64,000 nt of DNA from Basidiobolus meristosporus CBS 931.73 (Eukaryota; Fungi; Basidiobolomycota). Positions 26,715 to 40,510 of this stretch are shown here, in pieces (within the stretch, counting starts at the first letter, position 1; each line of letters opens with the position of its first letter). The stretch covers positions 128,078 to 192,077 of the forward strand of contig MCFE01000063.1 of assembly GCA_002104905.1 (NCBI GenBank). Reading direction: 5' to 3'. The position numbers and the translations under genes were made by a program. The notes below the pieces were generated by a model. The model worked only from the letters and a program-made list of their open reading frames with translations, did not search any database and had not been told where the DNA came from.

Positions 26715-27575
26715 CTTTGGAAAAGATGTAAATCCCAAAAAGTAAATATGTAGGAAACCTGATAATCAGGGTTTAATTGGATGGCTTCCATTGGTTGGAT
26801 TGGATACAATTGATGACTTGAATAGCAGTATCACATTGTTCAGCGAACCAAGTATATAATGGATCGTATCACCTGATGCGGATGCAGGTATATTATTAGA
26901 TTTGCAGTCCATTTAGGCATTCTTGCTCCTTCTCGTGTTTCATCTTTCATTATGCATGGGTATGTATACAATCATAGCCAATGTGGATTTGTAAATATTA
27001 CGAGACAAATAGAGTTCATCCTGCATTATGGCCGTAACTAATGGAAAGAGAGGCTACCGATTTCCTAATGCATCTTTCATATGTTTGAATTAAGATCTAC
27101 AAGATATATAGGGTGTAGGAACATCCACATGCATCGACTACAGCTGGGTGTGAAGATGAGCAGCCCTCCTGGGCTCTGAGGCTCGCAATATACGACAGGT
27201 GAGGGCTTGAGCTTGATATATTTCGAACAAAACAAGCCTCAACAATTTGTGGTACGGTAAAAGCCACCAGTTGGCAGATAAGAGCATGAGCCAATTATCT
27301 GCAAAGCCAGATTTATTCACCTAATTCGTTCCCCTTCCATAAACATCGTTAATGCTAGGGCTTTTCTTCGGCTAATTCCGAAAATGTATTTATTAGTGTA
27401 ACCGAAATATTTGATAGGTAACATTCTCAACTGTTTTATGCTCTATACTACTGTAGCCAAAATCAATCAAGAGAAACTTCGATTGAGTTCTTCGTATCTA
27501 AGATGCCCTGCACTGCGAAGCATATAAAAGTGGAGTACCACACACTGCTCTGTGCATAGTCATTCTCTTAACAAA

Positions 27576-28777
27576 ATGAACGGATACCCTAACAACCACT
27601 CAAACCAGTACAGTCAACCTGGGTATAACTCCCAGTCCGGTTATGGCCAAACCAACATGCCACACAATAATGCACCTAATGGTGGCTACGGCCAGTCCAA
27701 CATGCCCCAGAACAATGCACCTAATGGTGGCTATGGCCAGTCCAACATGCCCCAGAACAACGCCCCTTCTGGCGGTTACAATCAATCCCTCCAGGACTAT
27801 CAACAGCAATTCCAGCATGAGCAAGAAAAGAAGAAGAAGTGGCAGGTAACGTCAAGAATGATTAGCTTGTACTGAACCATGAACTAACTCCTAAATAGAT
27901 TGCCGGAGGAATAGCTGCCGGTGCTCTTGCTGTAGGTGCTGCTGCCTTGGGAGCCAAGTACTATGCTGATCACCATGACAGTTCCGATGAAGAAAGTAAG
28001 CCAGTGATGAACCAAAACAATCACCAGAACAACAACTATAATGACCATCACAACAACAACTACAACGACCATCACAACAGCAACAGCAACAACAACAACA
28101 ACAACAACGGAAACTGCCACGTTCCTCCTCCTCAGGTTTGTCCCCAAAACAACGGCGAGGTTAGAAGCGACAACTATCACAACTATCCTGCCCCATCTGG
28201 CCAACCGGGAATCACTCCCCACGCTTACCCAATCCTTGACCATTATGGTGGTGAGCAGGTGAAGATCGGCTCTAAGATCACGCTGAAGCATAACAATTCC
28301 GGAAGATTCCTTACTCATTGCTGGTCAAGCCCCAGCAATGGCAGCTCTGGTCAACCTTTGCCCGCTTGTGGTGGATGGAATCCAGGCCAAGATGAGTTCT
28401 GGCAAGTTATTCCCGCAAACGGAGACGTAGCCGTCCCAGGACAACCCTTGGACTATGGTTGCTATGTTCGTCTTCGCCACATTCCCACCAAGCGTCACCT
28501 TCACAGCCATTTTGATGCTCGTGCTCCTGCCAGCGGTCAACAAGAGGTAACTTGCTACGGTGACGAAATGAACTCCGACAAGAACGACCATTGGAAGGTT
28601 GAGAAGTGGGAGGGTGGAAATGGACCATGGATGACTGGCGACTCCTTCTGTCTTCGTCATGTTAACACCAACCGTTTTCTTCGTAGCGATTCCTCTATGC
28701 TTGATTCTGAGCACCAGGAAGTCAACTGCGGTGGTAACGGAATTGATGAGAATGATAGATGGAGAGTTGTCTTCTAA
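27576..28777 (+). CDS. MIR-domain (SDF2-like beta-trefoil) protein with N-terminal N/Q/G/Y-rich repeat region, 2 exons
   Basis: Three MIR repeats (GSKITLKHNNSGRFL; YVRLRHIPTKRHLHSH...QQEVTCYG...DKNDHW; FCLRHVNTNRFL...QEVNC...DENDRW). Intron GTAACG..AATAG (about 27847-27898) joins KKKKWQ to IAGGIAAG in frame. Confidence 0.85.
27636..27790 (+). repeat. Coding tandem repeat, 45-nt unit (GGYGQSNMPQNNAPN), about 3.3 copies
   Basis: ggttatggccaaaccaacatgccacacaataatgcacctaat / ggtggctacggccagtccaacatgccccagaacaatgcacctaat / ggtggctatggccagtccaacatgccccagaacaacgccccttct. Confidence 0.9.
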
Positions 28778-29516
28778 ATGTTGACTGTATTTTAAAGTAC
28801 TGTATTATCATATTGCATCTGAGCAGTTGTCAATCTCATCTGGACAACTCCTCAATAAATTAATTTACAACTATAGTCATTGCTAAACAACTATTCCGTT
28901 TGCCCCCGAGGATGATCCTAAGTCCATGGGTACAAATGATGTACTAGTGCTTGTAAATCTTCATCATCAGTATTAGTCAGAATCGGGCAGGTATGTTCCA
29001 AGCTCATTCTTCAACTATGAATAGACGAAAACAATACCTCCAAAGGTCTGTATGGATCCTTTAAATGGACATAATGAATGCAGAATCCATAGAAGGCAAC
29101 GCGAAATCGATTCCAGAACCTTCAGAGGCGTTGCATGCTGGCCAGCGTATTTAGAATATGTCTATTTGACATCCACATTTTCTGCATGCGTGGTTAAGCG
29201 ATCTGCCATCCAAAGACGTTTAAATAGAACATACTCTTAGTCATATAAGTCCTGACTGGCATTTCAGACACCAGTATAGACGGTCTTGATTGCTCTCATG
29301 CTTTTTCATTTCCGGCCACGATCAGAGCAACACGCCACAGGTGGTCAATTACATGGCTAAGCTCCAGTTTGGCTAGCATCCCTGAGCATGCCTGGAAAGT
29401 CTTTATTGTGTGCGTGACGCTGACAGAAGATATGAGGGAAGAGAAGCGGATATTAAACGAGGGCAACATCCTGGTGTACTGGTTGGGTACCCCGACGGGG
29501 CCATTATTTGCGGCGA

Positions 29517-30599
29517 TTAGAGGCGGCGAAGGAGCGGACGAATACGTGCGAAGTAATATCCAACACCGAAGAGTGTTCCTCCTACGTGAGCAGCATGTCC
29601 AATTTTTCCTAGCTATCTTGAGGGTAAGTGGACCAGCAAACCACTGTGCTAATAAATTTGCTACTTACAGGAGATCTATAGCTTTGCAGCATATCATACG
29701 CGGCGAATGCACCAACCGCCAAGATGGCTGGCGCAGGGATGATGAAAAAGATCAACACTGTACTGGTGGGGTAGAGTAAGGCAAACATTGACATCACACC
29801 CATCACGCTCCCTAAGGAATTCCAACTTGTTAGGATCCACAGATAGAAACTCCGCTTTGAAGTCTAGTACCTGATGCCCCTAGGCCGGAGAAATTGCTTC
29901 TCTGCTTCTCATAATATTTAAAATGGCATAGGAAACCCAAAGCACCAGCAAGAGCTGACCCCAAATACAACGTCAAAAATCTCTTCTGCCCCAATACAGC
30001 CAAGACCTAAGAGGAAATATGTTAAACCTGGGCAGTGGCAAATCGTTAAATGAGTCCATTACTGGGGGTCCAAAAGTCCATAGTGCAAACATGTTAAATC
30101 CAATGTGCGTGAAATCCATGTGACTGAAGGCATAGGTTAAGGTTGTCCACAAACGCCCCTCTTTAATGTTGTGAAGTGTAAGAAGAAAGTTCTTTTGGAG
30201 GAAATAAAAAAGCGATCCATCTCTGAAGCGTTGATAGCTTGCAATACCATATTGCCATAATCCATATACGGCAACGTTTGCGCCGATGAGAGTATAAAGT
30301 AATCCACTATCACTTAAACGAAACCCTCTACGGGCATTGTAGACGTGGTATCCTCTGGTACTCTGTAGGGGCAGGGAGATTTTTGAAGAGAAAAATGCAG
30401 GCCCTGGGGTTGAGAATGGCTTTGTTGGATATTTGATTAGGTGACTCCTCGCACTCACTTGTCGAGTAGTCGAAAAGACGCCGGCGCGTACGGTAGACAA
30501 CGATTCGGAGCGTAAAAAGCCAATGCCCTTCGACTTTACTTGGGCGGAAAGATGCCGAGTATTATTGCTCAGGGCAGTTCTGATTGCTGGAAGGAACAT
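29517..30599 (-). CDS. PCP1: Mitochondrial rhomboid protease (Pcp1/PARL-like), multi-exon
   Basis: Long Arg/Ser-rich presequence; YAFSHMDFTHIGFNMFAL; GASG nucleophile motif; AHVGG His motif; stop at 29517-29519. Confidence 0.88.
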
Positions 30600-30937
30600 T
30601 GCTTCGTTATTGGACAAATAAACAACCAAAACGGTAACTTGATGCGCTTTACAGTTATAAGTAACAGAAGCCAAAATTTGCTGTCGTTACCCAACTTGGA
30701 GCTTACCAATTGATTTACCTACGTCAACTGGAGCATGATTTAGTTGGGAAATTTGAGATTAACCAAGGCTAGTCTACCCTATACCTTGGGTTAGGTGTGA
30801 TGTCAAGAATATCAATTAAGCATGTGAATATGACGAGATGAAACCGAATGATGATACTATACGTCATTGAGCATTGTTGCTATATTAAAGACAACTGACC
30901 TGATGTTCGAACTCATATTTCGCTCCACTGACTCATA

Positions 30938-31735
30938 ATGGGATTTCAAGTGTACAATTTGATCCGGGAAGTCGCGCTCAAGAACGTCAAAGATGGCTCC
31001 AAAATTAAAGCTAGCCAGTTATGGGAGAACTCCCCTGCACTTATAATGGTGGTTCGCCGTCCAGGCTGTAAACTGTGTCGTAAGGAGGCCAAGGACCTGG
31101 CAGATCAGCGTACCCAGATTACCGAAAAATGGGTGAGTTCCTTCCGGAAGTCTCCTATGTATGCACCATTAACGCCTTTGATAAAGGGTATTCCAATGTA
31201 TGCTGTTGTTCATGAAGAGCTCGGTGTGGAGGAGTTCAACCAGGAATTTTTCCAAGGAACTGTTTATCACGATGAGAACAAAGGTTTCTTCAAAGCTCTT
31301 GGGTAATACGATAGTTTTGACTCTACTATGGTTTCTATTTATCCTCGCTAACTCGAAATTATTTCCAGTGGTGGCAAATTAAGCTGGGCTAACTGGTCCA
31401 GTTTATTGAACCCTTATACCATATACAACTATGTAACTTCGGTATGTAGCAGAATCAATTATCCAGGGAATTTTACTCAGAGATGATCGATTGTAGGGCG
31501 TTGATGGAAATTTCCAAGGAGAGGGAAGGTAGATCAAACCAAATTATTTTCATTTTCTCCGAGCTAACGGCATCGTGTTAGAATCTATGGCGGCTTGTAC
31601 ATTGTTGGCAAAGGAGATAAGGGAGTTATTTATGAGTACAAAGAGAAGTATCTTGGGGATATTGCACCAATGGAAGAAATACTGAAGGTTTGCGAAAAGG
31701 TAGCAGGGGGAGACACCTTGAATTCCCGCCTGTAA
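30938..31735 (+). CDS. PRXL2A: Peroxiredoxin-like 2A (FAM213A/AhpC-TSA_2) thioredoxin-fold protein, multi-exon
   Basis: LWENSPALIMVVRRPGCKLCRKEA (CxxC), YAVVHEELGVEEF, GGLYIVGKGDKGVIYEYKEKYLGD. Confidence 0.85.
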
Positions 31736-32122
31736 CATTTTCCCCGTTTACAGTTTTCAATTCAGTTGATGTTTTCTTCATTGACATCCCTACAATCTTG
31801 ATAATAAACAAATTTTGATGGAGGTATGGCGTGTGATTTCCCCTTCATTTTACCAATGAGGCTCAGTCAAGTGCTGAAGAGTAGTTGGCATACTACCCCA
31901 AAAATATGTACAGGCTGCTTGAAACTGTAATCCAGAGATATTTCATTTTTCAAGGCAGCTCATAAATAATTTTATATGCTAGTTGCTTTCTTTGGATTTG
32001 ATGCTAGTGGAGGTTGTGCTGTACATGGGTTTATAATTAGTGGGCGAATTTACAATACGGATGGCAATTTGGTTGTGCAATTTCAAGTGCAAGTGGCAGT
32101 AACGATGGGATATAGTGCATTT

Positions 32123-32905
32123 CTACTCATCCTCTTCATTGATCTTGGGAGCAAGGTAATAGTGCAAATATCCTATATCTCCAATCTTGTATTCTACCAG
32201 TAGCGGGACTTCATTGGATATATTAAGGGTGACACGAGAAGACAACGGGCTTGCCTTTGTGAACTGTGAGAGATATTTAAGTGCGAAGGTAAGGCTTACT
32301 TTCTGGTTCAATTCAATAGAGACGACATCATCTTCATTGTCAATAGCAGCATTCTGCTTTAAAGTGACACTTCCACTTCCCAGCTCTCCGCTGGCGCTAA
32401 ATTTGGCCCCTTCTTTAGTAGCTTCAATGGTTATAGACTCACCCAAGATATTCATGTCTCGGCAAATACGTTGAAATTCAGCAGCAGGGAGTGCTATTAC
32501 CGCATCATAGGTTGTATCCGGAATACCCAGGTGCTCGGAGTCAATATCCATGAGCTTTAACTCGTATTCTGATACACGATCATTTGATGGCGACTCAAAT
32601 AACAGATTCAATATATCGCCCGAGTCGTCAGCTTTCAAAGTAATAACATCGTCGTTTCCAGCGCATTTCAGGATTTTCGTGAAGGAATTCAGGTTGATAC
32701 CCAAAGGGAGGTTACGGTCGCAACGATATGGGTCGAAGCCGTCTGAACGCAGAAGCATAGCAACTAGCGCTACATGTGAGCTGTCCATGGCTTGTAGTGC
32801 TATTCCAGTGTCGTTGCAATCGAAGTTTGCATCGGTGACTAGCTCCTTGATAGCCTCTAATATTTTCTTCAATAATGAACCTTGAGTAAGACGCGCTTCA
32901 AGCAT
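32123..32905 (-). CDS. PCNA: Proliferating cell nuclear antigen, intronless
   Basis: Full-length 260 aa: [53 protein letters not shown]. Confidence 0.99.
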   Translation of the reverse strand: MLEARLTQGSLLKKILEAIKELVTDANFDCNDTGIALQAMDSSHVALVAMLLRSDGFDPYRCDRNLPLGINLNSFTKILKCAGNDDVITLKADDSGDILNLLFESPSNDRVSEYELKLMDIDSEHLGIPDTTYDAVIALPAAEFQRICRDMNILGESITIEATKEGAKFSASGELGSGSVTLKQNAAIDNEDDVVSIELNQKVSLTFALKYLSQFTKASPLSSRVTLNISNEVPLLVEYKIGDIGYLHYYLAPKINEEDE

Positions 32906-33519
32906 GATATTCCTGTGTATGGCGAGTGGCGGAGTTACGGTTCAGACGAGCCTAGCATCCTTGGTTTATACTTTGTTTGTTTTGATCACATTGTAAACGC
33001 AAGGCTCCTAATTTGTTTACCAATTTTGCAGTGGTTCCTATTGGCTAGAGTTGATTTAGTCCTGAACAATAAACAATCAAGCCCTTGGCCTTTGGAGTGG
33101 ATTCGGGATCTCTGGTGTATATTACAGGGTTCTTTGAAGATACGTTGGGGGAGCTAGTCACTGCTCAATCGTCATGCTGGACGAGCTGACATCAATCATG
33201 GTTTTTATGGTAGTGATCCTTCTTTGAGTAATCGATATTCTGTTATTCAGCATCACAGGCTTACCAAATTTGTGTGCAACTTCAATGAGCACTAGATCAG
33301 CATAAATCCATGGTGTATATTAGGTTATGTATTGGATATTTTGGGTCAATAGCGCAATAGATCAATCAATGGAAACACTTTATTAATTAATGCCATCAGC
33401 TCTTGAGCGGTGCCACCAAAATTGATTCGACTCCACGTTAAAACCTTTTTTCTTTGGACACAACAACAGCTCGCGAAAGATATTCTTGAGCAAACCTGTG
33501 CATACTACACCCGCTTGAA

Positions 33520-36500
33520 ATGGTGCAGAAAACCTCTGATATGGAACAGTTGCTTTCGTCAGATACTCAGTATGATATGAATACAGTAGAGGCATATCAT
33601 AACACGCTCAACGCTGCCGCCAAAACCTTGGACACCCAACTAATTAGCGACTCGAAGTATCCTGAGCTAGCGGACCTTTTGGGCTGTAAGATATACGCAG
33701 TTGGATATTTTTGTTGCAATTCGTGGACTTACCTTTTATCGTCGTTGTTAAAGCCTCTTCTAGTGAATATTCGCAGCCACAGACTCTTGGTTGGCAGCTA
33801 TTTCAGAAAAAGCGACTGATAACCCTCCCAGATGCGTTGTTTGAACAATACGACTGTAGGATACCTTAATACCCTTCTCTAGAGTGCGTTTTATAACCAT
33901 TTTGCAGTGCTTCAATGCAGATGTTTCATGGGTTTTTTCCCCGAGATTAATAGAGCCTGGATAACAGTCGACCACAGATTGTTTCTGTGGAATTATCTAG
34001 ATGGGTAAATATCTATCTTGCAAATGGTTATTTCCCAACTGACCGCCGTGAATTATTATTGTAGAAACGACTTCTACACTTATGAGGACCAAGACCAGCT
34101 CATCACAAGTATTGGTTTAGCAAAAGCAAAACCCGGTAATTTTCCAAGCCTCTGTCTATCCAATCGTCACTTCATGTCTTAATCCATGCATTGTGTAGGT
34201 ATATTTGTTGAGGAAGTGCAGTATGTATTAGTTCTTGCCACTCCTCTAGAAATCATTCTACTCGGACTTTCAACCACCGAAAGTTCCGTACGAATTTCTG
34301 ATTCGAAGAGGGTTTCTACCGATATCACTTTGTACAATACACTGTTGGCTGCTCCAAGTGATAACACCACCATGACATCGATCATCGGAACCAAAAACGC
34401 GAGAATATTCATGTGCGGAAGCGACGGAAACATTCACGAGCTTGCATATCAGGTATGAGCTCAGATCTAAGGCCTCCTTGGCTCCCTGCTAATCGGGGTT
34501 TCACTTGAAGGCGGAAGAGGGATGGTTTACAAAAAAATGCCATGTCATCAATCACACATCCTCTACATATTGCTCTCTTATACCCACGTTCATGCCCACC
34601 ATTTTCAAAAGTCCCGAAGGTAGCTTGCCGATAGCTCTCACTTGTTAGTCCCTCACTAACGTAGCATGACCAGATCCTTTCGTTTTCATGGCATTAGATG
34701 AAGTCCGAAATATTTTATACGGCTTGACTAGGCAATCCAATATCGAGGTGAGGACTTGCTGAATATGCTGTAGTTGGTGGTTGCTAATTCTACGCGATGC
34801 AGGTTATGTACCTCGGGCAAGATGGGGACCAGTTTATACGGGTGGCCAAAATGACCAATATCTGTCAATGCGCCTCACAACTGTGCCCAACCTCGCCACT
34901 GGTTGACGCTAGGTCGTTTCAACTAGTTTCACTGCATCCGATCTACCCGTCCGAATCCAAATTACTCAATCTTGTGGGCGTAACTTCTACAGGTTTTACT
35001 GAAATTCTTGTTTGCACGTGTGCTAGCCATGTAACCTTTGGATGCATATTCTTTAGGCTGCCGCTTGTATTTCACGCACCATAAAAGCGAATTCCGTGGC
35101 ATGGGTGGGGTTTTACGTAGTGATACCAAATCGCCACCAACTGGCCTGGAGCTGCTACATGTTAGACTGCCACCCAGTCCGGAGATCACACCAAATGCCA
35201 TCGGCGAGTTCAACAGATCCCTGGGCGCCTCCAACGTCCATGTGACCTGTTACTCCAGTGGAGTTCTTTTAGCAGCTAATTCAGTCAGCGACGAGATGGA
35301 CTCTCTACTTGGGATGGCGCCAGATGCTGGCAAAATCACTCAAATGGGGAATCAATCACAGTCCTGTTCACTGATTGAGTTTCATGGCATCAACACTATT
35401 GAAGGCAAAACATGGGCGATCAACGAGATCGAGAATCCATTTCCGAGCAACTCCAACGACGACGAGCGTGTTATGAACGAACTGGCTACGCAGTTGACGT
35501 TTCCCCCCAGGCATTTCCTTGTACTGACGAATTCGGGAATCAACATACTCTCCAAGCAACGCCCGATCGATGTTTTTGTTCAGTTGCTTCATAACCCGTC
35601 TACTCAAGAGGCTGATCTATTGTCTTTTATTGATAACTACGGTAAAGCACAGATTTGCGCCATGTGTCTAGCAATTGTTTGTGGCCACCCGGCAGTATCA
35701 GGGTCAACGCAAACGAAATTTCAGTCCGCCCCATTTGGACACCAGGCTTCGAATAACCAGACCAGTGTATTGGGTGCTAAAGCTGTCTATATCAAATATG
35801 GAGGAAGACCTTCGTTTGTCGAAAGTCCTACTTATACTCATGGTGGGAGCGGTGTCGAAAGACAGACACCAACTCAGGACTTTATTTACAGCGGACAACA
35901 TGATGGCTTAGCATTGTATATCGCTCGTTTGATCAAGCCCATTTGGAAAAAACCCTTCATCAGAGTGACCGACAAGGGTTTCGATTTGGCAGTCTCCGTC
36001 TCCGTGTTGTATTCGATTCAACAAAATTTGAGCAATGTCGAGGCATTCTTAAAAGAGAGCCCATATTGTCGTTCGCAACCCTATTCAAGCTTACCGGCTG
36101 GCTACAAGGAGAACGACGCTATGCAGTTAGAGTTACAATCCATTAAGGCAATGGAGCAACTTTTGACTCAATGTGTCGAAGGTATTTCTTTCACAATACT
36201 GCTCCTGGATTGCGGGTTGTCGGATATAATGCATGGTGTCAGTAGTATTGTACAGAACCAAATCCTCGAATTGACTTTTGAGAACCTGCTAATATCAGTC
36301 AAAGGACGGGAACTCCGCCGAGACATTGTGGCTACCATTATCGATAAGCAAACAGCCCAGGGTGGTGGTGTGCAGTCAGTTAGCGATATGTTGCGGACAA
36401 GATGTGGATCATTCTGCACATTAGACGATGTCACATTGTTCCAAGCTATAGAATGCCTAAAGCAAGCAAAGACCACTAATGATCCAGAAAAAAGAATGCA

Positions 36501-37902
36501 GATACTTCGGGACTCTTTGTCATTATTCAAGCAGGTTGCCAGGCATATTTCTCTCGAGAAATTGCACGAGATCTGTGAAGAATACAAATTATTGCGGTTT
36601 TATGTAGGTGCCGTTGAGCTCGGCCTCGCCTATGCGAAAGAACAAGATCCTGAAGACCATGGCATCGCATACTTCCTGGATAACGCTACAAGCTCAGCAG
36701 AGTTCTACAAGAAACGTATCCGATACTACGGATGCGTTTTTTCAACACTACAAGCGGTCAACAATGTTTACCACCAGACCAAGGTATCCAGCGATGACAC
36801 TGGGATGACCTTAGAGGAGGCTGAGCTCTTCAGAAATAAGGTGTTTCTCAAAGCTCTTGCATCAGACGATCTTCTATTCCATCACCAACTGTACGACTGG
36901 TATATCGGCCAAAATCTAATAGAAGAACTGCTGGATATACAGACACCATATCTTGAAGCCTATCTTCAAAAAGAGCCTCTTACTCTGCGAAAGTTGGATT
37001 TGCTCTGGCAGTATTATGCTAAGAATGGTCGGTATGGCTCAGCGGCGAGAGTACAGAGCCGATTGGCTGAATCCATTGAGTACGGGTTGAGCCTAGCAGA
37101 TCGAATTGAGTATCTTACTCTTGCAGTTGGCAACTCGAAGAGCACTAGTGGTAGAAAGAACAGCTCGCAGTTTTTGGCCGAGCTCGAAGAGAAACAAGAA
37201 GTTGCGCTAGTGCAGCTAGATATCTATAACGCAATCAAGAGCTCGGGCGATCATCTGGACTCGTTAGGGGAGCTGGATACACAGTTGTTTGACATTACCC
37301 AACTTTATAACAAGTTCGCATTTCCATTCAAGCTATACGAATCAATGCTGCTGATCTTTTACACCTCGGATTATCACGACCCAGAATATATCGCTCAAAT
37401 CTGGGGGTATATCATTCAACAGACCCATGAACAAGCTCAGAACTCCAACATCGCGTCTCACAAGGCGCTGAGCCGAAAGGTTAAGCAAATCGGGAAGAAG
37501 TATTATCCTTCGAATGTATTTCCGTTAGCGAAGATATGTGACCTCCTAGAGCGGCACAACCTGAAGAATCATGCCAATGCTGAACCTGGATGGATTGTCA
37601 GCACTTTGCATGAGATCGGTGTCCCTTACACCTCACTTCTGGAGATTTTGCACTCGATGTTCGAAACAAAGCTCCCTCCTTGGCAAGCGCAGGCATCACT
37701 GGAATTTTTGTTCAAAGACATCTACCTTTTACTCCATGACTGGTTGCATAGCGGGAATCTGAAGAACAAGAGCTCCGAACAATTCCCGGCCAAGCTTGCT
37801 GATGAGTCGATTACTAAATACTTGGTCACTCTGGCGGCCACCGAATCCCCGTTAATCCCCAAGTTTTATGAGATTCAACGACGTATTCGTAGGCAGTACT
37901 AA
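33520..37902 (+). CDS. NUP170: Nucleoporin Nup170/Nup157 (NUP155 homolog); several short 5' exons and a long terminal exon
   Basis: GFFPEINRAWITVDHRLFLWNY, LVLATPLEI, IFMCGSDGNIHEL, PPRHFLVLTNSG, SGQHDGLALYIARLIKPIW, LDLLWQYY, LADRIEYLTLA. Confidence 0.93.
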
Positions 37903-38413
37903 TCTCCTAACCCGTCCAAGCGACCTAATGCGCATAGTACCCCACATCTTTGCAACCTAGTGATCCCATTGAAATCCAGCCTTTGATTCTATAAATATAT
38001 TGTCTAATGTTTCGCATGAATTCGGCACCGTAGATCTCATTAACGATCGCCCAATCGTCTGTTCTGAACAAGAGGAAAATATTGCTGGTTTGGCTGGCTC
38101 CAAAGTGACCCCATTCCTACTATTGTTGACGGGCTACCGAACCCGAGGATTGGTTGACGTTAATGAAAATAAGATCAGCAGGTCTTAAATTTAGCGCCCT
38201 CATCACCTCTATGGCTAGCCTGGTGTATTTCATTGAGTTGGTAGATTAAATTTTTGGAAGTCTGCTTGATATGGCTAGTAGGGCATGAAGTAATAATTGA
38301 ATCCCTAGACAATGCAGCTCAGGTTGACGTCGGCTTTATGCGCACCAACATTAAATTTTCCACTTGCAAAGCAACGTTGGCAGCTGCCAGGTGATTACTT
38401 GCGGCGCTATGGC

Positions 38414-38437
38414 ATATATATATATATATATATATAT
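38414..38437. repeat. (AT)12 microsatellite
   Basis: Read directly from the sequence, upstream of the arrestin ATG. Confidence 0.95.
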
Positions 38438-38527
38438 TGCTCTTCGCTCAATCTTGACAAATTGCTGATCACTCTTAAATACCTATATAGTTCCATTGCT
38501 TGGCTCCACTTGCATGTTGATACATAC

Positions 38528-39604
38528 ATGAATCTTACCAAATCTAAAAAACCGATGATCCAACTACGTGTGGTACCGGATACAGTATTGGTAGATGGCG
38601 GATCGTCAAACTCCTATCTTCAGGGCATCCTAGAACTGAAGCTCAGCAAGCCGTTGAAAGTGCACTCCATCCATATGGTTCTAAAGTGCATTTTCACAAA
38701 AAAAATGATTTCAGGTAGTGCATGACACAGGTGTAGAATACTTCCATCTACCCCGGTTTAGTTGTTCGTGTGTGCTCATTTTTTGAAACCCAAGCAGTGA
38801 TTAATCTCACTTTCCCTTTCATTAGGGTTGTGGAGAATTAAAGAGATAGGATGCCCGGCCAGCTGTGTAATCCTAGAGAGACAAGATTCTGAGTATTACT
38901 TAGGATCAGGAGATTACTCATACAACGGTGTTATTAGAGTGCCAAGTCATATTGCTCAGACAACTTGCTCAAAGATAGCCAAGATCGAGTACCAACTTCA
39001 AGGGGTAGTTGAAACCACAGGCTTCCGGCAAAATTTAGCGCAAGCCGTACCAGTGTTAATACAACAAACACTCCCGCGATGCGTAGATTTCGGTATATCT
39101 TGTGGCTTATGGCAAGATATGCTACGCTACCAGGTGATGCTGAGTTGTGTAGATTACACATTGGACGACTCTATGAGTGTGGTGTTCCGATTAGAATCCT
39201 TGGTAGATGTCGTGTTTCATTGGAAGCTTACAGCAAGCCTGAAGGAGTCAGTGAGATATTACACAACATCGAAGACGGGCAAGTTACAACTTAAAAACAG
39301 TAATCGGATTATCGGCAAAGTTGTAGAGTATACCTCTGAGAGTTCGCGCATCATACTGTCTACACTCTTTCTTCCAACAACATTGAGACATATTGGGGCG
39401 AACTATGACTGCCATGGGAAACATATGAGCGTCAGTCATCAGCTCCTTACAGAAATTGAGATGGTAGATGATGGTAGATACAAGTTTATGTCCATATTGC
39501 CTGTTCGACTAGTTCATCCAGATGTACAACAATGGTCTAACCTTGCGCATCTCCCTAGCTATTCAGCATTTTCTGTATATCCGCGTGTAAACTGTTTGAC
39601 ATAG
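38528..39604 (+). CDS. Alpha-arrestin-like adaptor, 2 exons
   Basis: LQGILELKLSKPLKVHSIHMVLKC (arrestin-N start); GDYSYNGVIRVPSHI.QT..SK..KIEYQLQG; C-terminal LPSY motif (PY-like). Confidence 0.7.
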
Positions 39605-39901
39605 ATTCAGATCGAATGCATGCTCTTTGACTGCAGAGTCGGAGCAGTTGGCTACTTCGATGATCTGCCTTTCTTATTTTCGATGTAAATCACAAGCAAC
39701 TCGCCATGCTCTGGGCTGTACTGCACTTATTTGGAAATCGCTTGCTCTATTTTGTAATAAGGCAAATCTGGAAATCACGGGATTAAAATTAAATTGGAAA
39801 CTTAGTCATGTGACAAGCGTTGTTTTGTATTGAGTACGTCATATATAGCGTAAAGCACACACACTACAAACGAACACAACTCTAGCACCTTGTCAGCAAA
39901 T

Positions 39902-40348
39902 ATGAGTCTGTATGTTGTAGCCGATTTCTGCGTATGATATGATTCTATTGTGCCCGTGTTAGTCAGAGGTTTTGACAATATCGATTTGCTTTTGCTCAGG
40001 TAATCCCTATGGGAGTCGAGAGCTCCGTGAGCAAGTATGTTGCTGCTTGCCAAACGGCCTTGGAGCAAACCGGTCTGACCTACGTTATGCACGGTTATGG
40101 AACAAACATAGAAGGAGATTGGGATGCCGTGTCTAACGCCATTAAGAAATGTCACGAAGCTGTCCACGCTTTGGGTTGCCCGAGAGTTTCAACAAGGTAT
40201 TTTAGCATTTCTATGCCTCGCTATTATTGAAACATCAACTAAATCAACTTTTAGTGTGCGTATCGGGACTCGTTTAGATAAAGAATCGCATATCCAAGAT
40301 AAAATTGATAGTGTTCATAAGTTGCTTGCGGAGAGCAAATCTCAATAA
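39902..40348 (+). CDS. ECM15: Thiamine-binding/UPF0045 protein Ecm15, 3 exons
   Basis: ADFC/VIPMG...SVSKYVAACQ, MHGYGTNIEGDWD.V..AIKKCHEAVH..GCPRVST/VRIGTRLDK. Confidence 0.9.
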
Positions 40349-40510
40349 AGTCACTATGCTACTTTCACTCCAGCAAAGATCCTGATAATTCTGGAGGAAT
40401 ATGGATTACTTCATTTCATGTAGCGATAACAGCAAACGAACACACCAATTTCTCAATGCTTTCTCGGCTGCTTGTTATGTTTATTTAATGTGTAGGCTAC
40501 AGCTGAAAAT

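Noticed and set aside
36168-36587. Antisense and alternate-frame ORFs in the track (for example inside NUP170, PCNA, AA11, SLP1)
   Set aside because: They are shadows of real coding sequences, and many begin at TTG/GTG/CTG, which are not standard eukaryotic starts.
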